DNA of 39,177 nucleotides from Candidatus Portnoybacteria bacterium RIFCSPHIGHO2_02_FULL_39_12 (GTDB taxonomy: Bacteria; Patescibacteriota; Minisyncoccia; Portnoybacterales; UBA2143), in the NCBI GenBank assembly GCA_001819555.1, contig MHMZ01000032.1, forward strand, positions 20,834 through 60,010, in the 5' to 3' direction. Made by a program: the position numbers and the translations under genes. This document shows positions 25,220 to 33,869 of this stretch, one piece after another. The notes under the pieces are model-generated. The model was not told where the DNA came from. It did not search any database and saw only the letters and a list, made by a program, of their open reading frames with translations. The number at the start of each line of letters is the position of its first letter. The stretch's first letter is position 1.

Positions 25220-26692
25220 ATGCCAAGCGTTAAAAATCCTAAAATTATTTTAGTTGATCCGTATATCAGCAGCATTCCTGGTTTGGGTTTAGCTTATTTG
25301 GCCGCTTATTTAAGAAAATATCTTCAAATTAAAGATATTAAGATATTAAAAAGGAATCTTTTTCCTTTATTAGGCAAAGCGATTATTGGGGAAGAACCTG
25401 ATCTAGTGGGTTATTTTTCTCTAACTGTTGGTTTGGATTATACTCATCAGCTAATAGAAGAAGTAGCCGAAAAGCGGCCATCAACTATTCAGATTATGGG
25501 AGGACCGCATATCACTGCTTTACCGGAGAGTTTATCGCCTCAAGCTCAAGTCGGTATAATTGGCGAAGGAGAAGAAACATTGGTTCAATTGGTTAGATTA
25601 TTCCAATCTTACGGAAGCTTACCGACTAATGAATTATCTAAGATATTGGGGATAGCTTTTTATGAACAAGGTCATTTAATAAAAACAGATAATCGGCCGC
25701 TAATTATGGATTTAGATAGTCTGCCTAAGCCAGCTCGGGATTTATTAGACATTAAAAGCTATTATCCTGTTCGGTTAAGGGCTTTTCCAACAAAAGTTTA
25801 TCGTTCTTCTTGTTTAATGACTACTCGAGGATGTCCTTACCGGTGTGTTTTTTGCCAAGAAGGCAAGTATGGTCCTCGATTCCGTTACCATTCCGCCAGT
25901 AGAGTAGTTGAAGAAATAGAAGAGTTAATTGAGCAATATAATTGTAATTATGTAGAGATACAAGACGACCAGTTTTTATGCCACAAACAGAGACTAAGAG
26001 ATATTGTCAGCGGTGTCAAAAGTAAGGGTTTAGAAAAAAAAGCGGCTTTCTACTGCTACCTTAGAGCCACTCAAGTTGATGAAGAAGTTATCTGTTTATT
26101 AAAAGAGATGAATACCAGATTAGTTTTTATTGGTTTTGAATCCGGTTCGGATAAAATATTAAAATACCTGAAAGATAAAACCTGTTCCGTGGAAATTAAC
26201 CAGCGAGCTTATGACTTATGTCGTCAGCATGATATTTATGTTTACGGCGCTTTTATTTTTGGCTCTCCCTTAGAGACAATGGATGATATGGAAAAAACTT
26301 ATCAATTTATGAAAAAAAATCCGATGGCCTTATGCGAGGTTTCCAGATTAACTCCTTTGCCCGGGACTGGTATTTGGGATTATGCTTTTAAAAAGGGTCT
26401 AGTCAATCCGATGATGGATTTCGAAAATCTAAGAGTCAGAGTGAGAGATGACAACTTAAACCAACTTTGGTTAGCTGAAAATGTAACCAAAGAAAAATTT
26501 TTAGAATTTTTTAATAAAAAAGTCAAACCGCTTGCTTGGCGATATTCTCAGGCCGCTAATGATTTTAAGATAATAGACTTATTTAATATTGAATTTATCA
26601 AAATTTTTATTAAAAACCCTAAATTTTATTTCTCGGTTTTTAAAAGAAGCCTAGAAAATATTTTTTATCGTATATTCAAGGGCAAAGATTAA
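25220..26692 (+). CDS. Cobalamin-binding-domain (class B) radical SAM enzyme, paralog 2
   Basis: RGCPYRCVFC. B12-domain motif IMGGPHITALPES. 490 aa. Confidence 0.85.
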   Translation: MPSVKNPKIILVDPYISSIPGLGLAYLAAYLRKYLQIKDIKILKRNLFPLLGKAIIGEEPDLVGYFSLTVGLDYTHQLIEEVAEKRPSTIQIMGGPHITALPESLSPQAQVGIIGEGEETLVQLVRLFQSYGSLPTNELSKILGIAFYEQGHLIKTDNRPLIMDLDSLPKPARDLLDIKSYYPVRLRAFPTKVYRSSCLMTTRGCPYRCVFCQEGKYGPRFRYHSASRVVEEIEELIEQYNCNYVEIQDDQFLCHKQRLRDIVSGVKSKGLEKKAAFYCYLRATQVDEEVICLLKEMNTRLVFIGFESGSDKILKYLKDKTCSVEINQRAYDLCRQHDIYVYGAFIFGSPLETMDDMEKTYQFMKKNPMALCEVSRLTPLPGTGIWDYAFKKGLVNPMMDFENLRVRVRDDNLNQLWLAENVTKEKFLEFFNKKVKPLAWRYSQAANDFKIIDLFNIEFIKIFIKNPKFYFSVFKRSLENIFYRIFKGKD

Positions 26693-27333
26693 TGTATATT
26701 TATCAACCGGATAGAGTTTTACTTAAACGACAAATTGAGAAATACAGTCATTATATTAAAGGAAAAGTATTAGACGTGGGAGCGGGTAAAACCAGCCGTT
26801 ATAGGGATTTATTTGATTGTCGGGAGTATATCAAGATGGATATTGAAAAAAGCGATAATATAGACATTGTTGGCCAGGCGGAGAATATTCCTTTTGAAAA
26901 TAATACCTTCGATTCTATTATTTGTACCCAAGTTTTAGGCGATGTTGAGGATATATTTGAGGCCATTAAGGAATGTTATAGGGTTCTAAAACCTAATGGA
27001 ATGATTTTACTAACCGAATCAATGGTAGAAGAAATACATAACAAACAAAGAGATTCTTGGAGGTTTACCAGATTAGGAATGAAGCGCCTTTTTAAAAAGG
27101 CAGGATTTAAGATTATTATTCTTAGCCGGAGGGGGGGATTTTTTTCAATAAAAGCGCAAATTAATACCCGCTATCTAATTGATAAATTTAATCTTTATTC
27201 TCATAAATATGGAAGAGTATTAAGCCCGTTTTTTAGAGCTTATAGCGAGTTTATGTTTTTTTTAGATAAAATAGACCAAAGCCAAGCGAATAAGAAGTTT
27301 GCTTTAGGTTGGTGTATAATAGCTAAAAAATGA
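26692..27333 (+). CDS. Class I SAM-dependent methyltransferase (Methyltransf_11-like)
   Basis: VLDVGAGKT and LKPNGMILLTESM. TAATG 1-nt overlap with the upstream stop. Confidence 0.85.
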   Translation: MYIYQPDRVLLKRQIEKYSHYIKGKVLDVGAGKTSRYRDLFDCREYIKMDIEKSDNIDIVGQAENIPFENNTFDSIICTQVLGDVEDIFEAIKECYRVLKPNGMILLTESMVEEIHNKQRDSWRFTRLGMKRLFKKAGFKIIILSRRGGFFSIKAQINTRYLIDKFNLYSHKYGRVLSPFFRAYSEFMFFLDKIDQSQANKKFALGWCIIAKK

Positions 27334-28115
27334 ATAAAACAATTATCACAACCAGCTGGGATGACGGGAGCAGGGAAGATTTAAGGGTGAGCCGGCTTTT
27401 AAATACTTTTAATCTTAAGGGCACTTTTTATGTCCTTCAAGCGCGCGAATTCCGGTCTTTAACCGATGAAGAGATTAAGGAATTAAGTAAAACCCAGGAA
27501 ATTGGGGCCCACACCCTAAATCATTACGACTTGACTAAGTTGAGCTTAGTTCGGGCCAAAAAGCAGATAATCGGTTCAAAAAAAAATTTAGAGGATATTT
27601 TACATAAACCAATAAAAATGTTTTGCTATCCGAAGGGGAAATATAATTCAGAAATTAAAGAAATAGTTCAGGAGGCAAATTTTTTAGGGGCCAGAACGAC
27701 AAAGGAATTTTCTTTTAGAGAGCCAAAAGATTTTTTTGAATTTGGCGCGGCTCTTCATGTTTATCCTTTTCCCTTGAGAAAAAGAGATAGAGAGCATTAT
27801 CATTTATCCCGATTTTTATTTCAGCCGTTAGGAAGAAAATTTTTTAAAATTTTAAAATTAGGCCTGCCATTTTCTTCTTTTTTAAACTGGCCGAATTTAG
27901 CCAAAGCTCTTTTTGATTATGTTTATAAAAACGGCGGAATTTACCATTTGTGGGGCCATTCTTGGGAAGTAGAGCGTTACGGCATGTGGCTGGAATTAGA
28001 AGATTTATTTAGATATATAAGCCGGAGAGAGAATGTTTTGTATTTGACTAATGGCCAGGCCTTAGAATTCTTTAGGGTCCGACCCTCGCTAGGGTCGGAC
28101 CCTCACAATCTATGA
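27330..28115 (+). CDS. Polysaccharide deacetylase (NodB-homology, CE4-like; ArnD-like role possible)
   Basis: Motif 1 TTSWDDGS (TFDDG-like). Motif 2 GAHTLNH (HxxxH). ATGA overlaps at both ends. The C-terminal 10 residues are encoded by the palindrome at 28074-28103. Confidence 0.75.
   Translation: MNKTIITTSWDDGSREDLRVSRLLNTFNLKGTFYVLQAREFRSLTDEEIKELSKTQEIGAHTLNHYDLTKLSLVRAKKQIIGSKKNLEDILHKPIKMFCYPKGKYNSEIKEIVQEANFLGARTTKEFSFREPKDFFEFGAALHVYPFPLRKRDREHYHLSRFLFQPLGRKFFKILKLGLPFSSFLNWPNLAKALFDYVYKNGGIYHLWGHSWEVERYGMWLELEDLFRYISRRENVLYLTNGQALEFFRVRPSLGSDPHNL
28074..28103. repeat. GGGTCCGACCC palindrome family copy
   Basis: AGGGTCCGACCCT-CGCT-AGGGTCGGACCCT. It lies inside the 3' end of the deacetylase CDS and 8 nt before the ATG at 28112. 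Confidence 0.9.
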
Positions 28116-29431
28116 GGATTTTGTTTTTACAAGACGATTTTCCGCCGGAAAGTTTAGGCGGCGCCGGGACGGTTGCTTTTAATTTGGCCCAAGAATTTAG
28201 AAAGAAAGGCCATCAGGTTTATGTTATTTGCGCGGTTAAAGATAAAGATAAGGCCGGCCAGCGGATTGAAGAAGGGTTAGCGGTTTTTCGGCTTTACGCT
28301 AATTATCACGAGCGCTGGCGCGCTTATTTAGGGCTTTACAATCCCCAAATAATCAATCAGATAAAAAAATTATTCAGCCAAATCCGGCCGGATATCGCTC
28401 ATTTTCACAACGTTCATTATTATTTATCCTATGCTTCCTTAAAAATAGCTAAAAAATACAGCCGGGCGGTTTTTCTGACGGCTCATGACGTAATGTCTTT
28501 TCATTACGGTAAATTGATAGAATTCATCAATCCAAATAATTTATCAATTCCTAAAACTTTTAATTATAGAATCACTCCTTTAAAACAAATCAAAAGATTT
28601 AAAAAAAGATACAATCCTTTGAGAAATATTATTATCAGGCATTATTTAAAAAAGGCCAATAAGATTTTCCCGGTTAGTTCCGCTTTAAAAGAGGCCCTAA
28701 AACAGAATGGGATAGAGAACACAGAAGTAATTTATAATGGCATAAACGCGGACGAATGGCAGATTGATGATAAATTGATAGATGATTTCAAAAAGAAATA
28801 CCGGCTTTTTAATAAAAAAGTGATTTTTATGATTGGCCGGTTAAGCGATTTAAAAGGCGGGGAGAAAATTATCAGGGCGATGGAAATAGTCAATCAAAAA
28901 ATACCAGAGGCGGTTTTAATGGCCGCGGGCGATAAACAAGGTTATGCTCAAAAGATGTTAAGCTTGGCTGAAAATAAAAATATCCAATTGCTTCTGACCG
29001 GATATTTACGAAGAGATGAATTAAAAGCGGCAACCCGGAGCAGTGATTTAGCGGTTGTTCCTTCTATTTGTTTTGATTCTTTTCCGACATCTAATTTGGA
29101 AGCCATGGCTTGTCAGAAGCCGGTTATCGGCACTTGTTTCGGGGGAACGCCGGAAATTGTTCTGGATAATATAACCGGCTATATTGTTAATCCTTTTAAT
29201 ATAGAAAAAATGGCGGAAAAAATCATAGCGCTTTTAAGCGATTCCCAAAAAGCCGAACAATTCGGACAAGCCGGCTATGAACGGGTCAAGAGATATTTTT
29301 CTCTTCAAGAACAAGCGGAAAAGATTCTTAAATATTATGAACAATTCCTAAGAGGTTCTTTAGGGTCAGACCCTCGCGAGGGTCTGACCCTAAAGAACCC
29401 TCAAGAAAAATATGCGCGTCCTCTTAATTAA
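28112..29431 (+). CDS. GT4-family (Glycos_transf_1) glycosyltransferase
   Basis: FPTSNLEAMACQKPVIGTCFGGTPEIVLDNITGYIV. N-terminus MRILFLQDDFPPESLGGAG. The C-terminal ~25 residues are encoded by the palindrome at 29354-29399 and its flank. Confidence 0.9.
   Translation: MRILFLQDDFPPESLGGAGTVAFNLAQEFRKKGHQVYVICAVKDKDKAGQRIEEGLAVFRLYANYHERWRAYLGLYNPQIINQIKKLFSQIRPDIAHFHNVHYYLSYASLKIAKKYSRAVFLTAHDVMSFHYGKLIEFINPNNLSIPKTFNYRITPLKQIKRFKKRYNPLRNIIIRHYLKKANKIFPVSSALKEALKQNGIENTEVIYNGINADEWQIDDKLIDDFKKKYRLFNKKVIFMIGRLSDLKGGEKIIRAMEIVNQKIPEAVLMAAGDKQGYAQKMLSLAENKNIQLLLTGYLRRDELKAATRSSDLAVVPSICFDSFPTSNLEAMACQKPVIGTCFGGTPEIVLDNITGYIVNPFNIEKMAEKIIALLSDSQKAEQFGQAGYERVKRYFSLQEQAEKILKYYEQFLRGSLGSDPREGLTLKNPQEKYARPLN
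29354..29399. repeat. GGGTCCGACCC palindrome family copy: 46-bp perfect palindrome with a compensated arm substitution
   Basis: GGTTCTTTAGGGTCAGACCCTCG|CGAGGGTCTGACCCTAAAGAACC. Arms read GGGTCAGACCC / GGGTCTGACCC instead of GGGTCCGACCC / GGGTCGGACCC. Confidence 0.95.
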
Positions 29432-30854
29432 TCCGCCCAGATTTAACGAAGTTTTGGCCGATAACCCGTCTTTTATTGACGAAGAACGGGGGTTTAATCC
29501 GCCCTTGGGCTTGCTTTACATAGCCGGTTATTTAAAAAAATATAGCGGGCATCGGGTTTTTTGTTTAGACGCTCAAGTAGAAGGTCTAAATTACAATAAA
29601 GGGTTTAAAAAAAGAATAGAAGCGATAAGCCCGGATGTCGTTGGCATGACCGTGATGACTTTTACTTTGATTGACGCTTTAAAAACGATTGAATTAATCA
29701 GAGAAGCGGAAGAAGGGCTTAATAAAAAAATTATTATTGTTTTAGGGGGGCCTCATGTTCATTTATTCCCCAAAGAGACAATTCAATTAAAGGGTGTTGA
29801 TTTTATAACCAAAGGAGAAGGCGAGCGGCCTTTTTTTAATTTACTGGAAGCCCTTGAAGGACGCGGTCAATTAGCCGATGTTAAGGGCTTGGCTTATCGG
29901 GAAAAAGACGTAATTATTGATAATCCGGTCGGCGATTTTATTGAAAATTTGGACGAATTGCCTTTTCCGGACAGAAATTTATTGCCAATTGAAAAATATA
30001 ATTCAATTTTGGGCCACGGCCGAATTGTGACAACGATGTTTACTTCGCGGGGCTGTCCTTTTAAATGCGCCTTTTGCGACCGGCCTCATTTGGGCAAAAG
30101 ATTTAGAGCCAGAAGCGCCAAAAATGTGGTTGATGAAATGGAAGAATGTCTTAAATTAGGCATTGAAGAGATTTTAATTTATGACGATACTTTTACCGTT
30201 AACCGGCAAAGAACAATTGATATTTGCGACGAAATTCTTAAAAGGGGATTAAAGTTTATTTGGGATATCCGGGCCCGGGTTGACACGGTTGATGAAGAGG
30301 TCTTAAAAAAACTAAAGCGGGCCGGCTGTCAAAGGATTCATTTTGGAGTTGAGGCCGGCACAGAGAAAATTTTAAAGGTCTTAAATAAAGGGATTCATTT
30401 AAATCAGATAGAAAACGCTTTTAGGTCAGCTAAAAAAGCTGGCCTTGAGACATTGGCTTATTTTATGATTGGGGCGCCGACCGAGACCAAAGAAGATATT
30501 TTAGAGACGATTAAATTTGCCAAAAAAATAAAACCGGCTTATGCTCATATCACTATTTTAACCCCTTATCCGGCCACCGCTATCTATTATCAGGCCTTAG
30601 CCCAAGGGGTAATTCAGAGTGATTATTGGCGCGCCTTTGCCAGCCAGCCGGAAAAAGGCGTGGTGACCCGATATTGGGAAAAAGAATTAACCAGAGAGGA
30701 ATTATTTTATTTTTTGAATAAATTTTATAAGGAGTTTTACGGCCGGCCGGCTTATCTTATCCGGCAGATATTAAAAGTTCGTTCTTTTGACGATTTGAAA
30801 AGAAAAGTAAGAGCTGGTTTAAAGGTATTAAACATCAGGGTCCGACCCTCATGA
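29412..30854 (+). CDS. Cobalamin-binding-domain (class B) radical SAM enzyme, paralog 3
   Basis: SRGCPFKCAFC and VLGGPHVHLFPKE. 480 aa. The stop codon lies in the centre of the palindrome at 30837-30866. Confidence 0.85.
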   Translation: MRVLLINPPRFNEVLADNPSFIDEERGFNPPLGLLYIAGYLKKYSGHRVFCLDAQVEGLNYNKGFKKRIEAISPDVVGMTVMTFTLIDALKTIELIREAEEGLNKKIIIVLGGPHVHLFPKETIQLKGVDFITKGEGERPFFNLLEALEGRGQLADVKGLAYREKDVIIDNPVGDFIENLDELPFPDRNLLPIEKYNSILGHGRIVTTMFTSRGCPFKCAFCDRPHLGKRFRARSAKNVVDEMEECLKLGIEEILIYDDTFTVNRQRTIDICDEILKRGLKFIWDIRARVDTVDEEVLKKLKRAGCQRIHFGVEAGTEKILKVLNKGIHLNQIENAFRSAKKAGLETLAYFMIGAPTETKEDILETIKFAKKIKPAYAHITILTPYPATAIYYQALAQGVIQSDYWRAFASQPEKGVVTRYWEKELTREELFYFLNKFYKEFYGRPAYLIRQILKVRSFDDLKRKVRAGLKVLNIRVRPS

Positions 30855-30866
30855 GGGTCGGACCCT
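30837..30866. repeat. GGGTCCGACCC palindrome family copy, 30-bp perfect palindrome
   Basis: AGGGTCCGACCCTCA|TGAGGGTCGGACCCT. The central TGA (30852-30854) is the stop of the 29412 gene. It ends 15 nt before the ATG at 30882. Confidence 0.95.
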
Positions 30867-30881
30867 TATATTTCCCTCAAA

Positions 30882-32294
30882 ATGCGAGTGTTATTTATTA
30901 ATAAATTTTTAGACAAACATACCATTTACCGGGTTCCCTTGGGCATTTTGTATTTGTCGGCCTCTCTTAAACAGGCCGGCCATCAAGTTTTTATCGGCGA
31001 GCCGCAAAGAGAGAATATTATTGATAAAATAAAAAAGATTAGGCCGGATATTATCGCTTATTCTTTAAGGACCGGATTTCATCGTTATTATATTGACTTA
31101 AATAAAAAACTAAAAAAGCAATTTAATTTTTTTTCAATCTTTGGCGGTCCCCACGCGACATTTTTCCCGGAGATGATTAAAGAAGAAGGAATTGATTGCG
31201 TCGCTCAAGGCGAAAGCGAGAAAGCTTTGGTTGATTTGGCAAATCGTTTAGCCAATGGCGGCGATTATCTTCAAACCAAGAATTTTTGGTTTAAAACCAA
31301 AGAAGGATTTTTAAAAAATTCTTTAAGGGAGTTGGAGCAGGACTTAGATAAAATACCTTTTCCCGATCGGGACCTGCTTAATTATTTTAAAGAAATCAGA
31401 CTTTCCCCGATTCATAATTTTCTTACTTCAAGGGGTTGTCTTTATAACTGCAGTTATTGTTTTAATCACCGGCTAAGGGCAATGCACAGCGGGCAAAAAT
31501 ACCTTAGGAGAAGAAGCGTCGATAATGTCATAGAAGAGATTAACCGGGTGGCTAAAAATTATAATTTAGAGAGAGTTCTTTTTGAAGATGATACTTTTAA
31601 TATGGACAAACAGTGGCTCAAGGAGTTTAGCTTAAAATATCCCAAAATTCCCTTTAAGTGCAACTTGAGAGCTAATTTAGCCGATGAAGAGACGATTTGG
31701 TTGTTAAAAGAAGCTAATTGTTTGAGCGTGACCTTTGGCATCGAGGCCGGCAACGACATGATTCGTAATCAAGTTTTGCATAGAAATATGACTAAGGAAC
31801 AAATTATTAATTGCGCGAATTTGTTAAAAAAATATAAGATAAAATTTATTACTGAAAATATATTGGCCAACCCTACTTCCAGTTTGTCGGACGATATAGA
31901 AACCTTAGATTTAAATTTGGTTTGCCGGCCGGACTACGCCAATGTTTCTTTACTTCAGCCGTATCCGCGAACGAGGGTATTTGATATTGCTTTGGAGAAT
32001 AATCAGTTTAATAAAGAAGACATTGACGATATCAAATCTTTTTTTAGGTTTTCGCCGCTTAAAATTTCCAATAAAACGGAAAGAATCAATCTTCAGAGAA
32101 TTTTTGCCATTGTCGTGGCTTTTCCATTTTTAAGAAGATATTTGGATTTTTTAATTAAGCGGCGAAAATTAACATTAATTTATTCTTTGGGTTATAATGT
32201 CTGGAGGCCTTATTGTTTATTTTTTAAGATAATGCCCCATAAATTGTCTTTAAAAAAATTATATTGGGCAACCAAACGTTATCTGTTTGGTTAA
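30882..32294 (+). CDS. Cobalamin-binding-domain (class B) radical SAM enzyme, paralog 4 (most divergent)
   Basis: SRGCLYNCSYC and IFGGPHATFFPEM. 470 aa. Confidence 0.8.
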   Translation: MRVLFINKFLDKHTIYRVPLGILYLSASLKQAGHQVFIGEPQRENIIDKIKKIRPDIIAYSLRTGFHRYYIDLNKKLKKQFNFFSIFGGPHATFFPEMIKEEGIDCVAQGESEKALVDLANRLANGGDYLQTKNFWFKTKEGFLKNSLRELEQDLDKIPFPDRDLLNYFKEIRLSPIHNFLTSRGCLYNCSYCFNHRLRAMHSGQKYLRRRSVDNVIEEINRVAKNYNLERVLFEDDTFNMDKQWLKEFSLKYPKIPFKCNLRANLADEETIWLLKEANCLSVTFGIEAGNDMIRNQVLHRNMTKEQIINCANLLKKYKIKFITENILANPTSSLSDDIETLDLNLVCRPDYANVSLLQPYPRTRVFDIALENNQFNKEDIDDIKSFFRFSPLKISNKTERINLQRIFAIVVAFPFLRRYLDFLIKRRKLTLIYSLGYNVWRPYCLFFKIMPHKLSLKKLYWATKRYLFG

Positions 32295-32330
32295 AAATTT
32301 TTTGCCAAAGGTCTCTAGCGGTTAATTTTA

Positions 32331-32377
32331 CCCCGGCCGGCGGGATGGATAGATATTAGTCCGCGGCGCCGGGCCGG
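32331..32377. repeat. GC-rich imperfect hairpin in a 91-bp intergenic gap
   Basis: CCCCGGCCGGCGGG ... CCGCGGCGCCGGGCCGG with a 16-nt AT-rich loop. About 10 bp can pair with one bulge. It is strongly GC-rich against the AT-rich spacer. Confidence 0.6.
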
Positions 32378-32385
32378 CTTAAGAA

Positions 32386-33816
32386 ATGAAAGTTTTATTG
32401 ATTAACCCGCCATATGATATAGAAAATTATTATGGGAATTTAAGCGAGCTGGCTTTTATTTTTCCGCCGGTTGGTTTAACTTATTTAGCCGGTTATCTTC
32501 GGCAATACGAACATCAGATGGCTATTTACGATTTTCAGGTAGAGGAAAGAGATTTTAATTATTTTATTCAGGATTTTCAACCGGATTTAGTCGGCATCAC
32601 TTGTCAAACAGCTTTATTTTTTAATACTCTTAAGCTAGCCGAAAAGATTAAAAAAGCTTTCCCCCAAATACCTATAATAGTCGGCGGCGCTCATCCCACT
32701 TATCGGCCTGATGATTTTTTTGAAAACCCGGTTATTGACGCGGTGGTCAGAGGCGAAGGCGAAGAAACAATGCGGGAATTGTTATCTTATTATCATCAGA
32801 AGAACGGTTCTTTAACGGATATTTGCGGCATCAGCTTTAAAAAGGATAGTCAAATAATTCATAATCCAAACAGAGCCTTGATAAGAAATCTTGACATTCT
32901 TCCTTTGCCGGCCATTGATTTACTGCCCTTAGAGAAATATCGGGTCAGTCCAGATAATTACTTAGGCGGACGGGCCGGCTTAATCACTACTTCGCGCGGC
33001 TGTCCCTTTAGTTGTATTTTTTGCGCCAATAAAGAGGCATTTAACCGGACTTATCGGCCCCGCCGGCTGGAAAATGTTTTTGAAGAGATTGAATATTATC
33101 TTAAACATTATCAGATTTCAGAGCTTTTTGTTATGGATGATTGTTTTGGTTTGGACAGAAAAAGAGCTTTCCGGTTTTGTCAGGGAATGATTGATCGGGG
33201 CTATCATCAGAAACTATTATGGTGGTGTCAGATCAGAGTTGATTTAGTTGACCAAGAGCTTTTAAATCAAATGAGAAAAGCCGGCTGTAAAATAGTTTCT
33301 TTTGGCATTGAATCTGGCGTTCAGAGAATTTTAGACATAATAACTAAAAGGATTACCTTAAAACAAATCAGAGAAGCGGTTAAAATGACAAGAAAAGCGG
33401 ATTTAGAAACCAGAGGGAGCTTTATTTTGGGTTTGCCGACCGAAACCTTAAAGGATTCTTTAAAAACCATTCTCTTCTCTTTGATACTTCCTTTAAGCCA
33501 AGTAAAGTTTGGATTAGCCACTCCTTATCCCGGAACAAAATTATGGGAGATCGCTTTAGCCGAGGGCCAAGTTAAAGACCGGGGAGAGGATTGGAATCGG
33601 TTTACCCAGATGGCCGCCTATACAAAATACCGGGCTTCTTATATTCCCCAAGGCAGAAGCGCCGCTGAATTAATGTTTTTGCAAAAATTCGCCAATCTTA
33701 TTTTTTATTTTAAACCAAGCGTTATCATTTCATTTATTAAGAGAATCAAAAGTTTTAATGATTTTAAATATTTTTTAAAATCGCTGTTTAAGTTTTTATT
33801 AAGTTCAATTCGGTAA
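32386..33816 (+). CDS. Cobalamin-binding-domain (class B) radical SAM enzyme, paralog 5
   Basis: SRGCPFSCIFC and IVGGAHPTYRPDD. 476 aa. Confidence 0.85.
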   Translation: MKVLLINPPYDIENYYGNLSELAFIFPPVGLTYLAGYLRQYEHQMAIYDFQVEERDFNYFIQDFQPDLVGITCQTALFFNTLKLAEKIKKAFPQIPIIVGGAHPTYRPDDFFENPVIDAVVRGEGEETMRELLSYYHQKNGSLTDICGISFKKDSQIIHNPNRALIRNLDILPLPAIDLLPLEKYRVSPDNYLGGRAGLITTSRGCPFSCIFCANKEAFNRTYRPRRLENVFEEIEYYLKHYQISELFVMDDCFGLDRKRAFRFCQGMIDRGYHQKLLWWCQIRVDLVDQELLNQMRKAGCKIVSFGIESGVQRILDIITKRITLKQIREAVKMTRKADLETRGSFILGLPTETLKDSLKTILFSLILPLSQVKFGLATPYPGTKLWEIALAEGQVKDRGEDWNRFTQMAAYTKYRASYIPQGRSAAELMFLQKFANLIFYFKPSVIISFIKRIKSFNDFKYFLKSLFKFLLSSIR

Positions 33817-33831
33817 TCAAAAATAATAACG

Positions 33832-33862
33832 TAAATTAACGTAATTCAATTACGTTAATTTA
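33832..33862. promoter_or_regulatory. 31-bp perfect AT-rich palindrome with ACGT cores; candidate operator or weak hairpin
   Basis: TAAATTAACGTAATT-C-AATTACGTTAATTTA, with a third direct TAACGTAA half-site just upstream (33828-33835). It ends 7 nt before the ATG at 33870. Confidence 0.4.
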
Positions 33863-33869
33863 GATTAGT

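Noticed and set aside
17676-30854. Alternative genetic code (UGA recoded, as in some candidate phyla)
   Set aside because: TGA terminates several well-defined ORFs exactly at ATGA overlaps with the next gene (6783, 15394, 17118, 17678, 27333, 28115) and at 30854. Protein lengths match the expected families. The standard code 11 fits.
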